Below, piece after piece: positions 18,609-28,864 of a DNA stretch of 64,000 nucleotides (positions are counted from its first letter, which is position 1; every line of letters starts with the position of its first letter). The position numbers were made by a program, and so were the translations under genes. This DNA comes from a virus: the IMG/VR virus record IMGVR_UViG_3300042695_002264, positions 96,001-160,000 of that record, one strand, 5' to 3'. The notes below the pieces were generated by a model that searched no databases, was not told where the DNA came from, and worked only from the letters and a program-made list of their open reading frames with translations.

Positions 18609-19100
18609 ATGAAAAGCATATCGTACTATAAACCAAATAGTCAAAACAAAGGTTCTGCTGCTCAATTTCAATTTGGAGCCAAAGAAAATGACTATGGCCT
18701 TTACCTTGGCATTGTTAAGCAATTCGGGTGGAATAGCCAATCGAAGCGCGGATCATTTTCTGAAAACTCAAAAAATCCACTAAAAAATAAAAAAATCAAG
18801 TTCAACAATACAGAGGCATCTGCAATGTGTAGGGTGATAGAATCATCTTCTGAAAAATGGTCAACGGTGCATAAAAGTGAAACTAAAACCACCTCAATAT
18901 CATTCTCTCACTATATCAAGGATGGCATAAAGTTGGGGTATGGCCTTTCTATAAGCGAAAAGGATGGAGAGGCATTCATGATTGGATTCAATAATGATGA
19001 AGGTTATTTACTTAAAGAATTTTTAAAATCATATATTTTATTTACTTTCGATAAAAATAATGTTAATGATAGTGAAAATAAAAAACAATCAAATTTTTAA
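18609..19100 (+). CDS. Putative Whirly/PC4-fold single-stranded nucleic acid-binding protein
   Basis: Two beta4-alpha-like repeats ending KFNNTEASAM and GFNNDEGYLL; N-terminal YYK...KGSAA recalls Whirly YKGKAAL. Confidence 0.45.
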   Translation: MKSISYYKPNSQNKGSAAQFQFGAKENDYGLYLGIVKQFGWNSQSKRGSFSENSKNPLKNKKIKFNNTEASAMCRVIESSSEKWSTVHKSETKTTSISFSHYIKDGIKLGYGLSISEKDGEAFMIGFNNDEGYLLKEFLKSYILFTFDKNNVNDSENKKQSNF

Positions 19101-21053
19101 ATGAGAAAAAAGCGAGTACTTTTCCTTACAGACTATGCAGGTGTAAATACTGGATTTGGTAAAAATATAAAATTACTTTTAACGTATTTATATAAAACAA
19201 AAAAATACGAATTATTTCATGCAGCTTGCGGTGTTGGTAGGGATAATCCAGAATTTCAAAAATTTCCTTGGAAAACTATAGGGGTAATACCAAATGATCA
19301 GTCTTTTATTAGCAGAATGCAACAAGATCAGCATTTTGCCAGAATGGCCAGCTATGGAGAGCCAGAAATAGCTAAAATTGTAGAAGAAACAAAACCAGAT
19401 GTTATTTTTGCTATACAAGACAGCTGGGGCGCATTATTCGTAGCAGATAAGCCATTTTTTAAAAAAATTCCGACAGTTTGCTGGATTACATTTGATAGCC
19501 TTCCTCTTCTTCCAGACACCGTTGAAAAAGCCAGCAAGATAGCCAACTATTGGACATGGTCAGATTTTGCAGAAAATGAATTTCATAAACTTGGATTTGA
19601 TCACGTAAAAACTCAATATCCATTAACTAATACGGATAACTTTTATCCGCTTTCAGAAAATGAAGTGCTTACTATAAAGCAGCAGCATGGTATTGAGAAA
19701 GATTGTAAAATATTTGGTTTTGTATTCAGAAATCAATTGAGAAAACTAGTTGGTACATTAATATCTGGATATTCAGAATTTTTAAAGCAAAATCCAGAGA
19801 TGTCTAAAAAAACAAAGCTTTTGCTGCATACGCATTTTGCAGAAGGGTGGGATATTATGAGATTTGCAAAGCAATATGGGGTTCCTGAAGAAAATATTTT
19901 ATGCACCTATATTTGCAAAGAAACTTATAAATACTTCATTCTCCCATACGCTGGGCAAGATATAGAAAATCCAACAACCAAAAGAAAAACATTAATAACC
20001 ACAAATGTCAGTATTGGCGTAACTGATTCGCAATTAAACGAAATATATAATATAATGGATGCCTACCTGCATCCTGCAACATCTGGCGCATGCGAAATAC
20101 CAATTGTTGAGGCTGCATTAGCTGAAAAAATAGTATCTACATGCGACTATTCATTTGGCTGGAATGTTGTAAATCATAATAAGGGGTGTATTCCTATGGA
20201 TTATTCACTTTACAATGAACCTCCAATGGGATCAAGTACTCAGTTTTTAAAATCTCAACCTTATCCATCATCCATATCAAAAATAATGAAAAAAATTTGC
20301 GAAATGAAGAAAGATCGCAAAAAAGAAATGGAAAGACATTCTAGAGAATGGGCATTAAAAAATTATTCAGTTTCTGTAAATGGTGAAAAAATAGAAAATT
20401 TTATAGATTCGCAAAAATTTATCGAAGATGAGCAGGCATGGGTAGACAAAGAAGTTAAAAATATCAATCCAAAAGCACAAATTCAAAATATTGATGATGA
20501 CTTGCAGTGGGTATTGCAGCTTTATAGTAAAATATTAGACACTAATCCTGACCTCAACGATGATGGTGTTAGACATTGGATGATGCAAATTGAAAGAGGA
20601 ATGCCAAGACAAAATATTGAATTATATTTTAGAGATGTTGCTAATAAAGAATTGCAAAAAGAAAATCCACAAACATTGGATGTTTTATTTGACAGTAGCG
20701 ATAAGTTGAATAAATTAAAAAGACTATTAATTGTACAGCCACAAAGTGCTGGAGATATTTTTATAGTAACATCATTACTTGAATCAATCAGGTCAAAATT
20801 TACTAAAGACAAATGGAAGATATATTTTGCATGCGAGCCTAAATTTTTTGAAATCTTAGCTGGTAATGAAAACATAGATAAAATTATCCCATACAATCAA
20901 ATTATGGATAATCAAATAATTATGGAAGGTCATGGAGATCACAATGGTTATGTTGATATTTGCTTAAATCCATACTTTTCAACACAGAAGTTATTAAATT
21001 ATACTCATAACAGTTATAGCATTTCTCAATTCGATCACGAGTTTAAAAAATAA
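19101..21053 (+). CDS. Multidomain glycosyltransferase: GT4 + DUF4214-like + N-terminal half of GT9
   Basis: TGFG, RNQLRK, LNEIYNIMD...EIPIVEA (GT4); LYSKILDTNPD..GVRHW (DUF4214-like); SAGDIFIVTSLLESIR...NENIDKII (GT9 N-lobe). Confidence 0.8.
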   Translation: MRKKRVLFLTDYAGVNTGFGKNIKLLLTYLYKTKKYELFHAACGVGRDNPEFQKFPWKTIGVIPNDQSFISRMQQDQHFARMASYGEPEIAKIVEETKPDVIFAIQDSWGALFVADKPFFKKIPTVCWITFDSLPLLPDTVEKASKIANYWTWSDFAENEFHKLGFDHVKTQYPLTNTDNFYPLSENEVLTIKQQHGIEKDCKIFGFVFRNQLRKLVGTLISGYSEFLKQNPEMSKKTKLLLHTHFAEGWDIMRFAKQYGVPEENILCTYICKETYKYFILPYAGQDIENPTTKRKTLITTNVSIGVTDSQLNEIYNIMDAYLHPATSGACEIPIVEAALAEKIVSTCDYSFGWNVVNHNKGCIPMDYSLYNEPPMGSSTQFLKSQPYPSSISKIMKKICEMKKDRKKEMERHSREWALKNYSVSVNGEKIENFIDSQKFIEDEQAWVDKEVKNINPKAQIQNIDDDLQWVLQLYSKILDTNPDLNDDGVRHWMMQIERGMPRQNIELYFRDVANKELQKENPQTLDVLFDSSDKLNKLKRLLIVQPQSAGDIFIVTSLLESIRSKFTKDKWKIYFACEPKFFEILAGNENIDKIIPYNQIMDNQIIMEGHGDHNGYVDICLNPYFSTQKLLNYTHNSYSISQFDHEFKK

Positions 21054-21054
21054 T

Positions 21055-22278
21055 ATGTCACATCTATTAGAAACTTACAGCTTGCAAACTGGAGCAAAGG
21101 CATCAAAGCCTTTTATAATTAAAAACTTTTTCCCAGTACCAAAAAAGTACATAACCATTCACAATTCTAGCGGAATGGGCGCAAAAAATTATGATCATTT
21201 TCAAGATGTAATTGATGAGATTTTAGTGAAGTTAAAAGACAATGGTATTGAAATTGTACAAATTGGTGGAGCAGAAGATCTAGCCCTCAATGGATGCGTT
21301 CATTTACATGGCAGAACAAATTATCACCAAACCGCATATATCATTCAAAATTCACTCCTTCATATTGGAAATGACAGTTTTCCCGTCCATATCGCATCTG
21401 CGGCGGACAGGCCCATTATAGCTCTATATAGTATAACCACGCCAAGTATTGCTGGCCCATGCTTTAATTCAAAAGAAATAAATGACTATAAAGTTTTTTG
21501 CTTTTCTCCAGACTATAAAGGCAAAAAGCCATCCTTTAATCCCAACGAAAGTCCAAAAACAATAAATACAATAAATTTTGAAAATATTATTGAAGCAATT
21601 GAAAAGATATTAAATATCGATACTGGATATAATATAAAAACTATATTCAAAGGGGACAAATATCTTGCAAGAGTTATAGAATTTATTCCAGATACATTGC
21701 TTAGACCAGACTTTGCTGGCGGTAGTTTGATAAACATGAGAGTTGATCTGTGTAACGGCGATATTGATGAAAATTTAATATTTGCAAATTTAAAAAGTAG
21801 GAAGTTTAACATATTTTTAAAAAATTCTAAAAAAATTAAAAATTTGCATATATTGCCTATGTTAAAAGAAAATATTGCTAATATATTCATTGATGTTACT
21901 GATGAGGTGGTAGATATTGAATACATATCATCATTAGTAAATTATGGAATAAAACCAACAATATTATATACTGGAGAAGATGAAGATTATTTTAACGAAA
22001 TTAAAATAAATTTAATAAATTTTAATTTGAATTTTATAAAATACTCTCCACAAAAAATAAAAATAGAGGATATTGTAAAAAATAACAATATTGATAATAT
22101 TATATTCAAAACAAATCGCCTCATTTTAAGTTCTGGAAAATTATACCTTTCCATAGCATCTTACTTAAATGGTCAAAGCTCAAACAGTAATTTTGAAAAA
22201 TTAAACGAAATTAAAAACTACAAAGATCTTGACAAAGAATTAGAATTCTGTTATCTTTATATCAAAGAAGATAAATAA
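21055..22278 (+). CDS. GT9 (heptosyltransferase-like) C-terminal lobe plus unknown domain
   Basis: YITIH..S...KNY, IVQIGG, LHGRT, HIGNDSFPVHIASA, IALYS. Confidence 0.75.
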   Translation: MSHLLETYSLQTGAKASKPFIIKNFFPVPKKYITIHNSSGMGAKNYDHFQDVIDEILVKLKDNGIEIVQIGGAEDLALNGCVHLHGRTNYHQTAYIIQNSLLHIGNDSFPVHIASAADRPIIALYSITTPSIAGPCFNSKEINDYKVFCFSPDYKGKKPSFNPNESPKTINTINFENIIEAIEKILNIDTGYNIKTIFKGDKYLARVIEFIPDTLLRPDFAGGSLINMRVDLCNGDIDENLIFANLKSRKFNIFLKNSKKIKNLHILPMLKENIANIFIDVTDEVVDIEYISSLVNYGIKPTILYTGEDEDYFNEIKINLINFNLNFIKYSPQKIKIEDIVKNNNIDNIIFKTNRLILSSGKLYLSIASYLNGQSSNSNFEKLNEIKNYKDLDKELEFCYLYIKEDK

Positions 22279-22280
22279 TT

Positions 22281-23057
22281 ATGCCTAAAACATCTCAAAA
22301 AACAGAAACAGTCGTAGTCAATTCAGATAGCAATCCTACTGTAGATAGTGATTCGAAAATTTTTTCTAGAAATGAAAGTGGTCTTTTAAATAATACCAAA
22401 TATAAATACAGCGACGATGGAACAATTAACTGGAAATCCATGGTTAAACCAGAATTCTTAGTCCCAAACAAGGATAAATTTACAGCAACAACAGATTTTA
22501 ATTCTATTGACGTAACCCAGCTCGACGACAGTCAGCTTTTAATCCTTCTTGGCGGCATTAAAGATGTTGCTTGCATAAGGGGATTCTCTTCCGTTGATTA
22601 TGATGTTATTACTGCCAGACAGGACTATGTTGCAGTTAAATGTAATATATCTTGGATTGCTAATTATGAAACTGGAATGATACCTGTAAAATTTTCAGCC
22701 TTAGCTGACGCCCATTTCGAGAATACGAGTGGTTTTGGTAATAAGTTTTTAATGGCAATTGCAGAAAATAGAGCGTTTATTCGCGCAGTTCGTAATTTTC
22801 TTAGAATTAATATTGTTGGCCAAGACGAAATCGATCCAAAAAAGAAAAATGAAATTATTGAAGAATCCCAACCAACAAATCCAGCTAGTGTTTTAAACAA
22901 AGTTATGTCTGAGGTGGGCTTGAGTTTTGAAACAATAAAGGCAAAGCTTGTAACTGAAAATGATCAAGATGCGGCTGAATGGAATGCAATTTCAGATATT
23001 CCCAAAAAACGAATATTTGAAATTATAGAGAGAATTAAAAGAAAAAATAAAAACTGA
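22281..23057 (+). CDS. Putative single-strand annealing protein (Rad52/Sak/RecT-like fold)
   Basis: Beta-rich core followed by AIAENRAFIRAVRNFLRI helix and a small C-terminal helical domain. Confidence 0.45.
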   Translation: MPKTSQKTETVVVNSDSNPTVDSDSKIFSRNESGLLNNTKYKYSDDGTINWKSMVKPEFLVPNKDKFTATTDFNSIDVTQLDDSQLLILLGGIKDVACIRGFSSVDYDVITARQDYVAVKCNISWIANYETGMIPVKFSALADAHFENTSGFGNKFLMAIAENRAFIRAVRNFLRINIVGQDEIDPKKKNEIIEESQPTNPASVLNKVMSEVGLSFETIKAKLVTENDQDAAEWNAISDIPKKRIFEIIERIKRKNKN

Positions 23058-23061
23058 CAAG

Positions 23062-23625
23062 TTATTCGCCTTCACTTGGCAAATCTGGCGGCTTCGAAAA
23101 CGGTGAAGGCAAGAACATAAAGCCATCACATGATTGAAAAAGTATTAAATCATTTGTTACGTGTCTTTGAATTTTAAATAAAGTATCATTAAATTCAAAA
23201 ATAGAGCCGTCACCATCAAAGCTAGCAAGCGGATAGATACTCAGTATAGGGATCCTTAATGCAACTTGCCCAGACAATGTTTTTGATTGTTCGTCACTAT
23301 ATTCTTGCATAGATGGATAATTTTCCCACCATTGATTGTTATAATTAAAATTTGCAGCAAATGGATTTCCATTATTAAAAAAAACTTCCAACCAAACCTT
23401 CCATAACGAATCGCTTGTAACTGGGATAGCAACATCCTTATTGGATATATTTAGAGTACTATCTGCTGACAAACCAATAAAAATATTAGAATTTGTATTG
23501 ATATTGACAGTATTTAATGTTGAAGAGCATATTGGCGCAAATGGTCCAATTTCAGCCCTTTCTGGATATTTTGTGCTGATCCCTGGCGAACCAAATGGCT
23601 CATTTTTTAATATAAAGTTGCTCAT
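23062..23625 (-). CDS. Hypothetical protein, last gene of tail operon
   Basis: Position and beta-rich composition. Confidence 0.45.
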   Translation of the reverse strand: MSNFILKNEPFGSPGISTKYPERAEIGPFAPICSSTLNTVNINTNSNIFIGLSADSTLNISNKDVAIPVTSDSLWKVWLEVFFNNGNPFAANFNYNNQWWENYPSMQEYSDEQSKTLSGQVALRIPILSIYPLASFDGDGSIFEFNDTLFKIQRHVTNDLILFQSCDGFMFLPSPFSKPPDLPSEGE

Positions 23626-23631
23626 AATTAA

Positions 23632-24798
23632 TTATACAACATAGGAGTAATATTCCCTAAAAATATTTATATTAGAACCCAAGATCCCTGTTTTATAAAA
23701 ATTATTACCAGAAATAGAATAGAATGCTGAACCAGTAAAGCCTATATTTTGATTTGGTTGTTCTATCTGCTTGTATACTTCGATTTTTTTATTCTGCTCA
23801 AATATATTTGGGCTAACATTCATTTTTCCACTATACAATTCGCCTGTTAGCAAAGCATTTTGCCCATCAATTATAAGAGACCAAGATCCGGTAAATGTAT
23901 CTTGATAGCCATTTTGATTAATATTATTACCTTCATATCCACTAATAAAAATATACGCTTCTGATGTTTCTTTATCAGTATTTTTGAAAGTAAGATCAAA
24001 TATAAAAGATGATCTCAATAATGAATTAGCTTCTGATATGGAAGTTGACGGATTAATACTCAATAATAAATCTTGTGTTGGAGATTTTTTATACCTAGAT
24101 ATAAACAAATTTCTTCCTATAATTCCAGCATTTGTATGTAAAATTAATGGTATATAAGTATCAACAAATGGAAGTCTATCTTGTATTTGTTCGATATTAA
24201 AATTAAAAATTTGATTTTTATCTATTTTAATTCCAGTTTTCCAATCATTTACTCCAGATATTTGAAAATAAAGTGATTGAATATTATTATTAAAATTACT
24301 ATTTCTGCCTATTTCTCCAGAATATAAAATGAATGGGCCATTGTTATTTTTATTTCCAGATATTGTAACTTGCACATTTTCAGTGGAAAAGCCTGAATTT
24401 TCATATATAAAATCTATAATAGGTAATTCCCCATAAAAAAAGGTTTTAGGAAAAAAATCTTTACTATCCCAACTATATCCTGTTGTCCAATTAAATGAGA
24501 ACCCACTGGCTTTTCCAAAATTTCCAGTTTTTGAATAAATGTATTGATCGTTTAAAAATATATTAAAATAATTTTCAGAATAATTTCCTGAAATATTTAC
24601 AATACTTTGCGGCTGAAAAGAATAAATAAAATTATTTTCATCAAAAATTTTTCCACTAACAAAATTTATATTTAAATTTTGATTTGTATTGGTGACAATT
24701 TCAAAATTGCCACTCCAATCATTTTGTTCATTATTCCAAAAAAAATTAAATATACAATTTTTTTGCGGATATATATAGTTTGTAAATCCAGTAATCAT
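23632..24798 (-). CDS. Putative tail-tip structural protein, [S/T]G-rich
   Basis: Position; about 19 [S/T]G in 388 aa. Confidence 0.5.
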   Translation of the reverse strand: MITGFTNYIYPQKNCIFNFFWNNEQNDWSGNFEIVTNTNQNLNINFVSGKIFDENNFIYSFQPQSIVNISGNYSENYFNIFLNDQYIYSKTGNFGKASGFSFNWTTGYSWDSKDFFPKTFFYGELPIIDFIYENSGFSTENVQVTISGNKNNNGPFILYSGEIGRNSNFNNNIQSLYFQISGVNDWKTGIKIDKNQIFNFNIEQIQDRLPFVDTYIPLILHTNAGIIGRNLFISRYKKSPTQDLLLSINPSTSISEANSLLRSSFIFDLTFKNTDKETSEAYIFISGYEGNNINQNGYQDTFTGSWSLIIDGQNALLTGELYSGKMNVSPNIFEQNKKIEVYKQIEQPNQNIGFTGSAFYSISGNNFYKTGILGSNINIFREYYSYVV

Positions 24799-27068
24799 GA
24801 AAATGTATTAGATGTATTGTTTCTTTTTGAAGAAGTTATTATCCTAAAAGATTTTGGACGTATAGGTATTTCTTTATATGAGTAAGAAACTCTAAGACCC
24901 CTGCTATCTAAAGATGCGCTTAAAGACTCTAAACCAGGGACAATTGGCAGGAAAAAACCATCACATTCCGCAGACAGAGTAGATAGCCATTTTTGACCAT
25001 TTCCACCAATAGCCGCAGGAACTTCAAAAGAAGTAGATGGTTCATTTTCATTTGGCGTCACATCGGTTACGATAACACTGTGCGATAGCCCATAATCGCT
25101 ATTGACTGGACCAGAAAATCCCCAAGAATTTATAGCCTGAGCATATCCAGTTTGATTAGATGAGGAATATTCGCTTTTTATGGTTCTAATCGCTTTAAAG
25201 CTAGCAAGTGATGGCATAACTACCTTTATTGACTTTCCATTACAATCAATAGAGTAAGATTTTCCTCTGGCATGCTCTAATCCTGGAGATAATTCTGCTG
25301 AATTTTCGGAACCATTATTAATTACAACATCACGATTTGCATTAATTAAATTTGGAACAATATCTGCGCATTCATCAACTATATCAGGCTTGTCTTGAGG
25401 CGGAACAGGATCAAGTATTGCATTTGGGTCCTCATAATCATAAACTTCTGTTAAGTCATTTGGATTTTCAGATTCAGATGCTGAAGTAATAGTAATATTA
25501 TATCTTGGTCGCTTTACAAATATAATAACCTTTCCATCTTCTTCTATTTGCTTTCTTAATCTTTCCCCAGAAGATACGTAACCCCCAGACTCTTCATTGT
25601 TAGTAGTCGGTGCAACTAAAGTAACTGGAGTGCCTTCTTGGGGGAGGCTTTTTTGGTCATAAATTTGACATATTAAATCATGAGAAACTGTTTTAATACA
25701 ATCTTCAACTGCCTGAGCAAAATCTGCCGCCTCAACATCTCCAGAAACATGCTCGCTTACACTGCGCCAATAGCCCTTTCTAACAATATTATTTTGATCT
25801 TCAAATGTGCTATTGTATGGATTTTTGCCTCTCTGTGAAGGGGGTGGATTAAAAGAAGTTTGTATTTTTTTAAAATTAAACTCGTCTCCACCAGAGCCAT
25901 TAAAATCGTAAGATTCATCATAAGGATAATACAATTCTTGAGTATATTCCTTTGATTGAATATTATTATTCAAAGGATATGCCAAATAAAAATCACCATC
26001 TCCATCAATATTTAAATATTTAAATATTGCATCTCGAAAATTAGTATTTTTTGAATCAAAATTAAAGTTTGTTGATAAAAAATTTCTCCATTTTGGATCT
26101 GTAAGATTTAAAGACATTTCAATTTTAGATAATACATTATAGCCTAATTTTCTATAGTCTCCATTTGTTAATGCATTATAAACTGATAATGATGGGCAAA
26201 CTTTTTCTAAAACTTCATTATCGGTTGGAAAATTTGGGTGAAGAATTGGAGAAATTGAAACATGCTTATTATCTGTAATATTTAACGCAGCTTCTTGGGT
26301 TTGTTTAGTTGGCCATCTTTCAAAAAACCAAGATGATTGAGAAGATACCCCATCTCTAGTCGCTCCATAATCAAGAGACAAAATCCCACAACCTCCTTGA
26401 GGAACATTAATTCTTATAGAGCCATTTTTTATAGCAACTATTTCATCTTTTCTCCAGTCCCACCACCATCCAATTCCCACATCTGAATAAATACCACCTA
26501 AAACACTTCTGTATGTTCCTTCATAAGAGCACCTTAAATTTTCAGAAATTTTAGGCGCACCAATTATAGCTAATGCTTGATTTGCATTATATGTGACATT
26601 GCTAGAGTCACATGGGTTTGATGACCACTCTTCCTGCCCCAAACCTCCAGCCGAATAGCCAGCCTGTCTTTGCACAACTATATTTAAATTTTTAACTCCA
26701 AAACTAAAACTAACTCTTCCCCTATCATAGCTCGCATTTACTGCTGGAACACTTACGGTTTTTGCTATATTAATTGGCCTTCCGCCAAGCCCTCTTCTAA
26801 ATAAAACTATGCATTTTTGATCAAGAGTTATAGAATTATCTATATACTCATAAGTTGTTAAAAATTTTCCTTGTTCTTTATGCGTAGAATAAGAAATTAG
26901 CTGCCCAATAAATTCTATACCACCAATGCCGCCGATATTAGATCGATTAAATCCACGATCGCCCAATGTAGTAACTGATAATTTTGCTGGAGAATCGCTA
27001 ACAGAAGCGCTTAAAGATAGCGAAACTATATCTTTATTTGCTCCAATACTTCTTATTTGAATAGCCAT
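24795..27068 (-). CDS. Putative tail hub / central tail-tip protein
   Basis: Downstream of tape measure; GTYRSVL...D.G.GWWWD segment typical of hub proteins. Confidence 0.45.
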   Translation of the reverse strand: MAIQIRSIGANKDIVSLSLSASVSDSPAKLSVTTLGDRGFNRSNIGGIGGIEFIGQLISYSTHKEQGKFLTTYEYIDNSITLDQKCIVLFRRGLGGRPINIAKTVSVPAVNASYDRGRVSFSFGVKNLNIVVQRQAGYSAGGLGQEEWSSNPCDSSNVTYNANQALAIIGAPKISENLRCSYEGTYRSVLGGIYSDVGIGWWWDWRKDEIVAIKNGSIRINVPQGGCGILSLDYGATRDGVSSQSSWFFERWPTKQTQEAALNITDNKHVSISPILHPNFPTDNEVLEKVCPSLSVYNALTNGDYRKLGYNVLSKIEMSLNLTDPKWRNFLSTNFNFDSKNTNFRDAIFKYLNIDGDGDFYLAYPLNNNIQSKEYTQELYYPYDESYDFNGSGGDEFNFKKIQTSFNPPPSQRGKNPYNSTFEDQNNIVRKGYWRSVSEHVSGDVEAADFAQAVEDCIKTVSHDLICQIYDQKSLPQEGTPVTLVAPTTNNEESGGYVSSGERLRKQIEEDGKVIIFVKRPRYNITITSASESENPNDLTEVYDYEDPNAILDPVPPQDKPDIVDECADIVPNLINANRDVVINNGSENSAELSPGLEHARGKSYSIDCNGKSIKVVMPSLASFKAIRTIKSEYSSSNQTGYAQAINSWGFSGPVNSDYGLSHSVIVTDVTPNENEPSTSFEVPAAIGGNGQKWLSTLSAECDGFFLPIVPGLESLSASLDSRGLRVSYSYKEIPIRPKSFRIITSSKRNNTSNTFS

Positions 27069-27079
27069 AAATTGAAAAA

Positions 27080-28864
27080 TTACAGATTATAAATGATTAC
27101 ACCAGTATTGTAGGTTATTATATCAATTTCATCGCTTTTTTCTACTTCTTGATAATCAAATCCAAGATAAAGCCTTTGCCCGTTTAGCCAAATCATGGAT
27201 GTTTTTTTATTAAAATTAAATGGTACTAAAAAATAAGAACCAGAAGTGTTTTTAATATTATAAGTACCAAAGCCTAATGTATTTTTTTGAACTGTTAATA
27301 CATTATAGTTTCCACTTATATTTCTTAATATCGTATTGGTACCACTGTAATCAATTCCAGAATTTAAAAGTTGACCATTTAAAAAAACAAATGAATTATT
27401 AAAATTTAAACTTGATATATTATTGCCACTATTTATCTGCCCAGTCATTAACAGTTCAGATTTTGGCCAAAAATCAATAAGTGAATTATTTTGATTTATA
27501 AAACCATAATTTGAATTACTAAATATTTTATTTCCAGAAATAAAGTAATCTTCTGATGGTAAATAGTTAATATTTCCACTTTGAATAAGCTCATCATATC
27601 CAGAAGATCTCGTTTGCAATTGCCCATTATAGTATAATCCAGAAAAATCTTCGCCTATAATGCTATCATATCCATAAGAATTATCTGCATTAATATAATA
27701 AAGATTTGTGAAGTTTATTCCCGCATCAATTCCAGAATATCCATATATTGATAAAATATCATTAGGATCGATATTAAATGATAAAGATATAGCATTTTGA
27801 TAATTATAAATATATTCTGGCCGAGATACAAATGCGGAATTATTAGTAATTGAATATTCGATATAATAACCAGAATCATATTCAAATACATTTGTTCCAG
27901 TAAATACACTTGAGCAAAGTGAAAATAAATTTTGTCCACTAGAATATCCTAAAAAATAACCAGTAAAAACTTTTTGAGCGAATTGATTGAAAATCTCATT
28001 ATTAAAATCTAAAAATGATTCGTGTGTTGCAAAATATTCTCCACTACCAGTACTTAATACAATCTCATTCAGCACGCCACTTGATTGAGCAGAGCACTGT
28101 GTTATTTTTATAATATCGCCATTTAATATGCCAGTTTGTCCAGAGATAGCGCCAGTAATAGTATTTGAATTAATAGATGAAATAATGCCACTAACAAATT
28201 CATTTTCAAATATGGAAGAGCTTAAATAATCTGAATTGTAAATAAATATTTCAGCAACTTCAGCAGATAAAAATCTTCCAGATGGCAAGCTTTGACTTCC
28301 TCCAATATAATAATTATTTGATTTTTTAAAATTTTCATCAAGTGGAGCAAATATTTTTTGAAACGAATTAGATTCTGCATCAAATAAGCCCATTGAAATA
28401 GAATTCGATCCATTAATAGAAAAGCTTACAATTCCAGTTTTATTTGCTTTTAAGCTGTGGCATACAGTAATAGGCCCATAAATTTTATGAGCGTATTCAA
28501 AATATGGATAGCCAGCATAGTTTATTCCAAAATTGATTCCGGAATCATAATTATAATTTGCAAAAAAAACATTGTCAGATTTTGCATTCCCTAATTTATA
28601 CGCAAAAATAAAAGATAAAGAATCTCCACTAAAATAATTTAATTTGGCATAGCTTTGGCCATCAAAACTTGCAAATCCAGATTTCGTCCAAAAATTTCCA
28701 GAATTTACCAGCTGTAATTGTTCAGCGCGACTTGTCCAGCTTTCGCTTGGAATATTAATTAGCCCAGATATTCCAGTATTAGAAAAATCAAAATAACCAA
28801 CTATCTGCTCCGTAGATAGATTTTCATTTTTATCAAAAAAATATTTCATTGAATTTGCTGGCAT
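27080..28864 (-). CDS. Tail protein with LamG/ConA-like N-domain and xNGQxL..G.DY repeats
   Basis: GYFDF, FDGQSY, YYIGG...AEIFIYN; three NGQ repeats; about 31 [S/T]G; TAATG overlap start. Confidence 0.55.
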   Translation of the reverse strand: MPANSMKYFFDKNENLSTEQIVGYFDFSNTGISGLINIPSESWTSRAEQLQLVNSGNFWTKSGFASFDGQSYAKLNYFSGDSLSFIFAYKLGNAKSDNVFFANYNYDSGINFGINYAGYPYFEYAHKIYGPITVCHSLKANKTGIVSFSINGSNSISMGLFDAESNSFQKIFAPLDENFKKSNNYYIGGSQSLPSGRFLSAEVAEIFIYNSDYLSSSIFENEFVSGIISSINSNTITGAISGQTGILNGDIIKITQCSAQSSGVLNEIVLSTGSGEYFATHESFLDFNNEIFNQFAQKVFTGYFLGYSSGQNLFSLCSSVFTGTNVFEYDSGYYIEYSITNNSAFVSRPEYIYNYQNAISLSFNIDPNDILSIYGYSGIDAGINFTNLYYINADNSYGYDSIIGEDFSGLYYNGQLQTRSSGYDELIQSGNINYLPSEDYFISGNKIFSNSNYGFINQNNSLIDFWPKSELLMTGQINSGNNISSLNFNNSFVFLNGQLLNSGIDYSGTNTILRNISGNYNVLTVQKNTLGFGTYNIKNTSGSYFLVPFNFNKKTSMIWLNGQRLYLGFDYQEVEKSDEIDIITYNTGVIIYNL

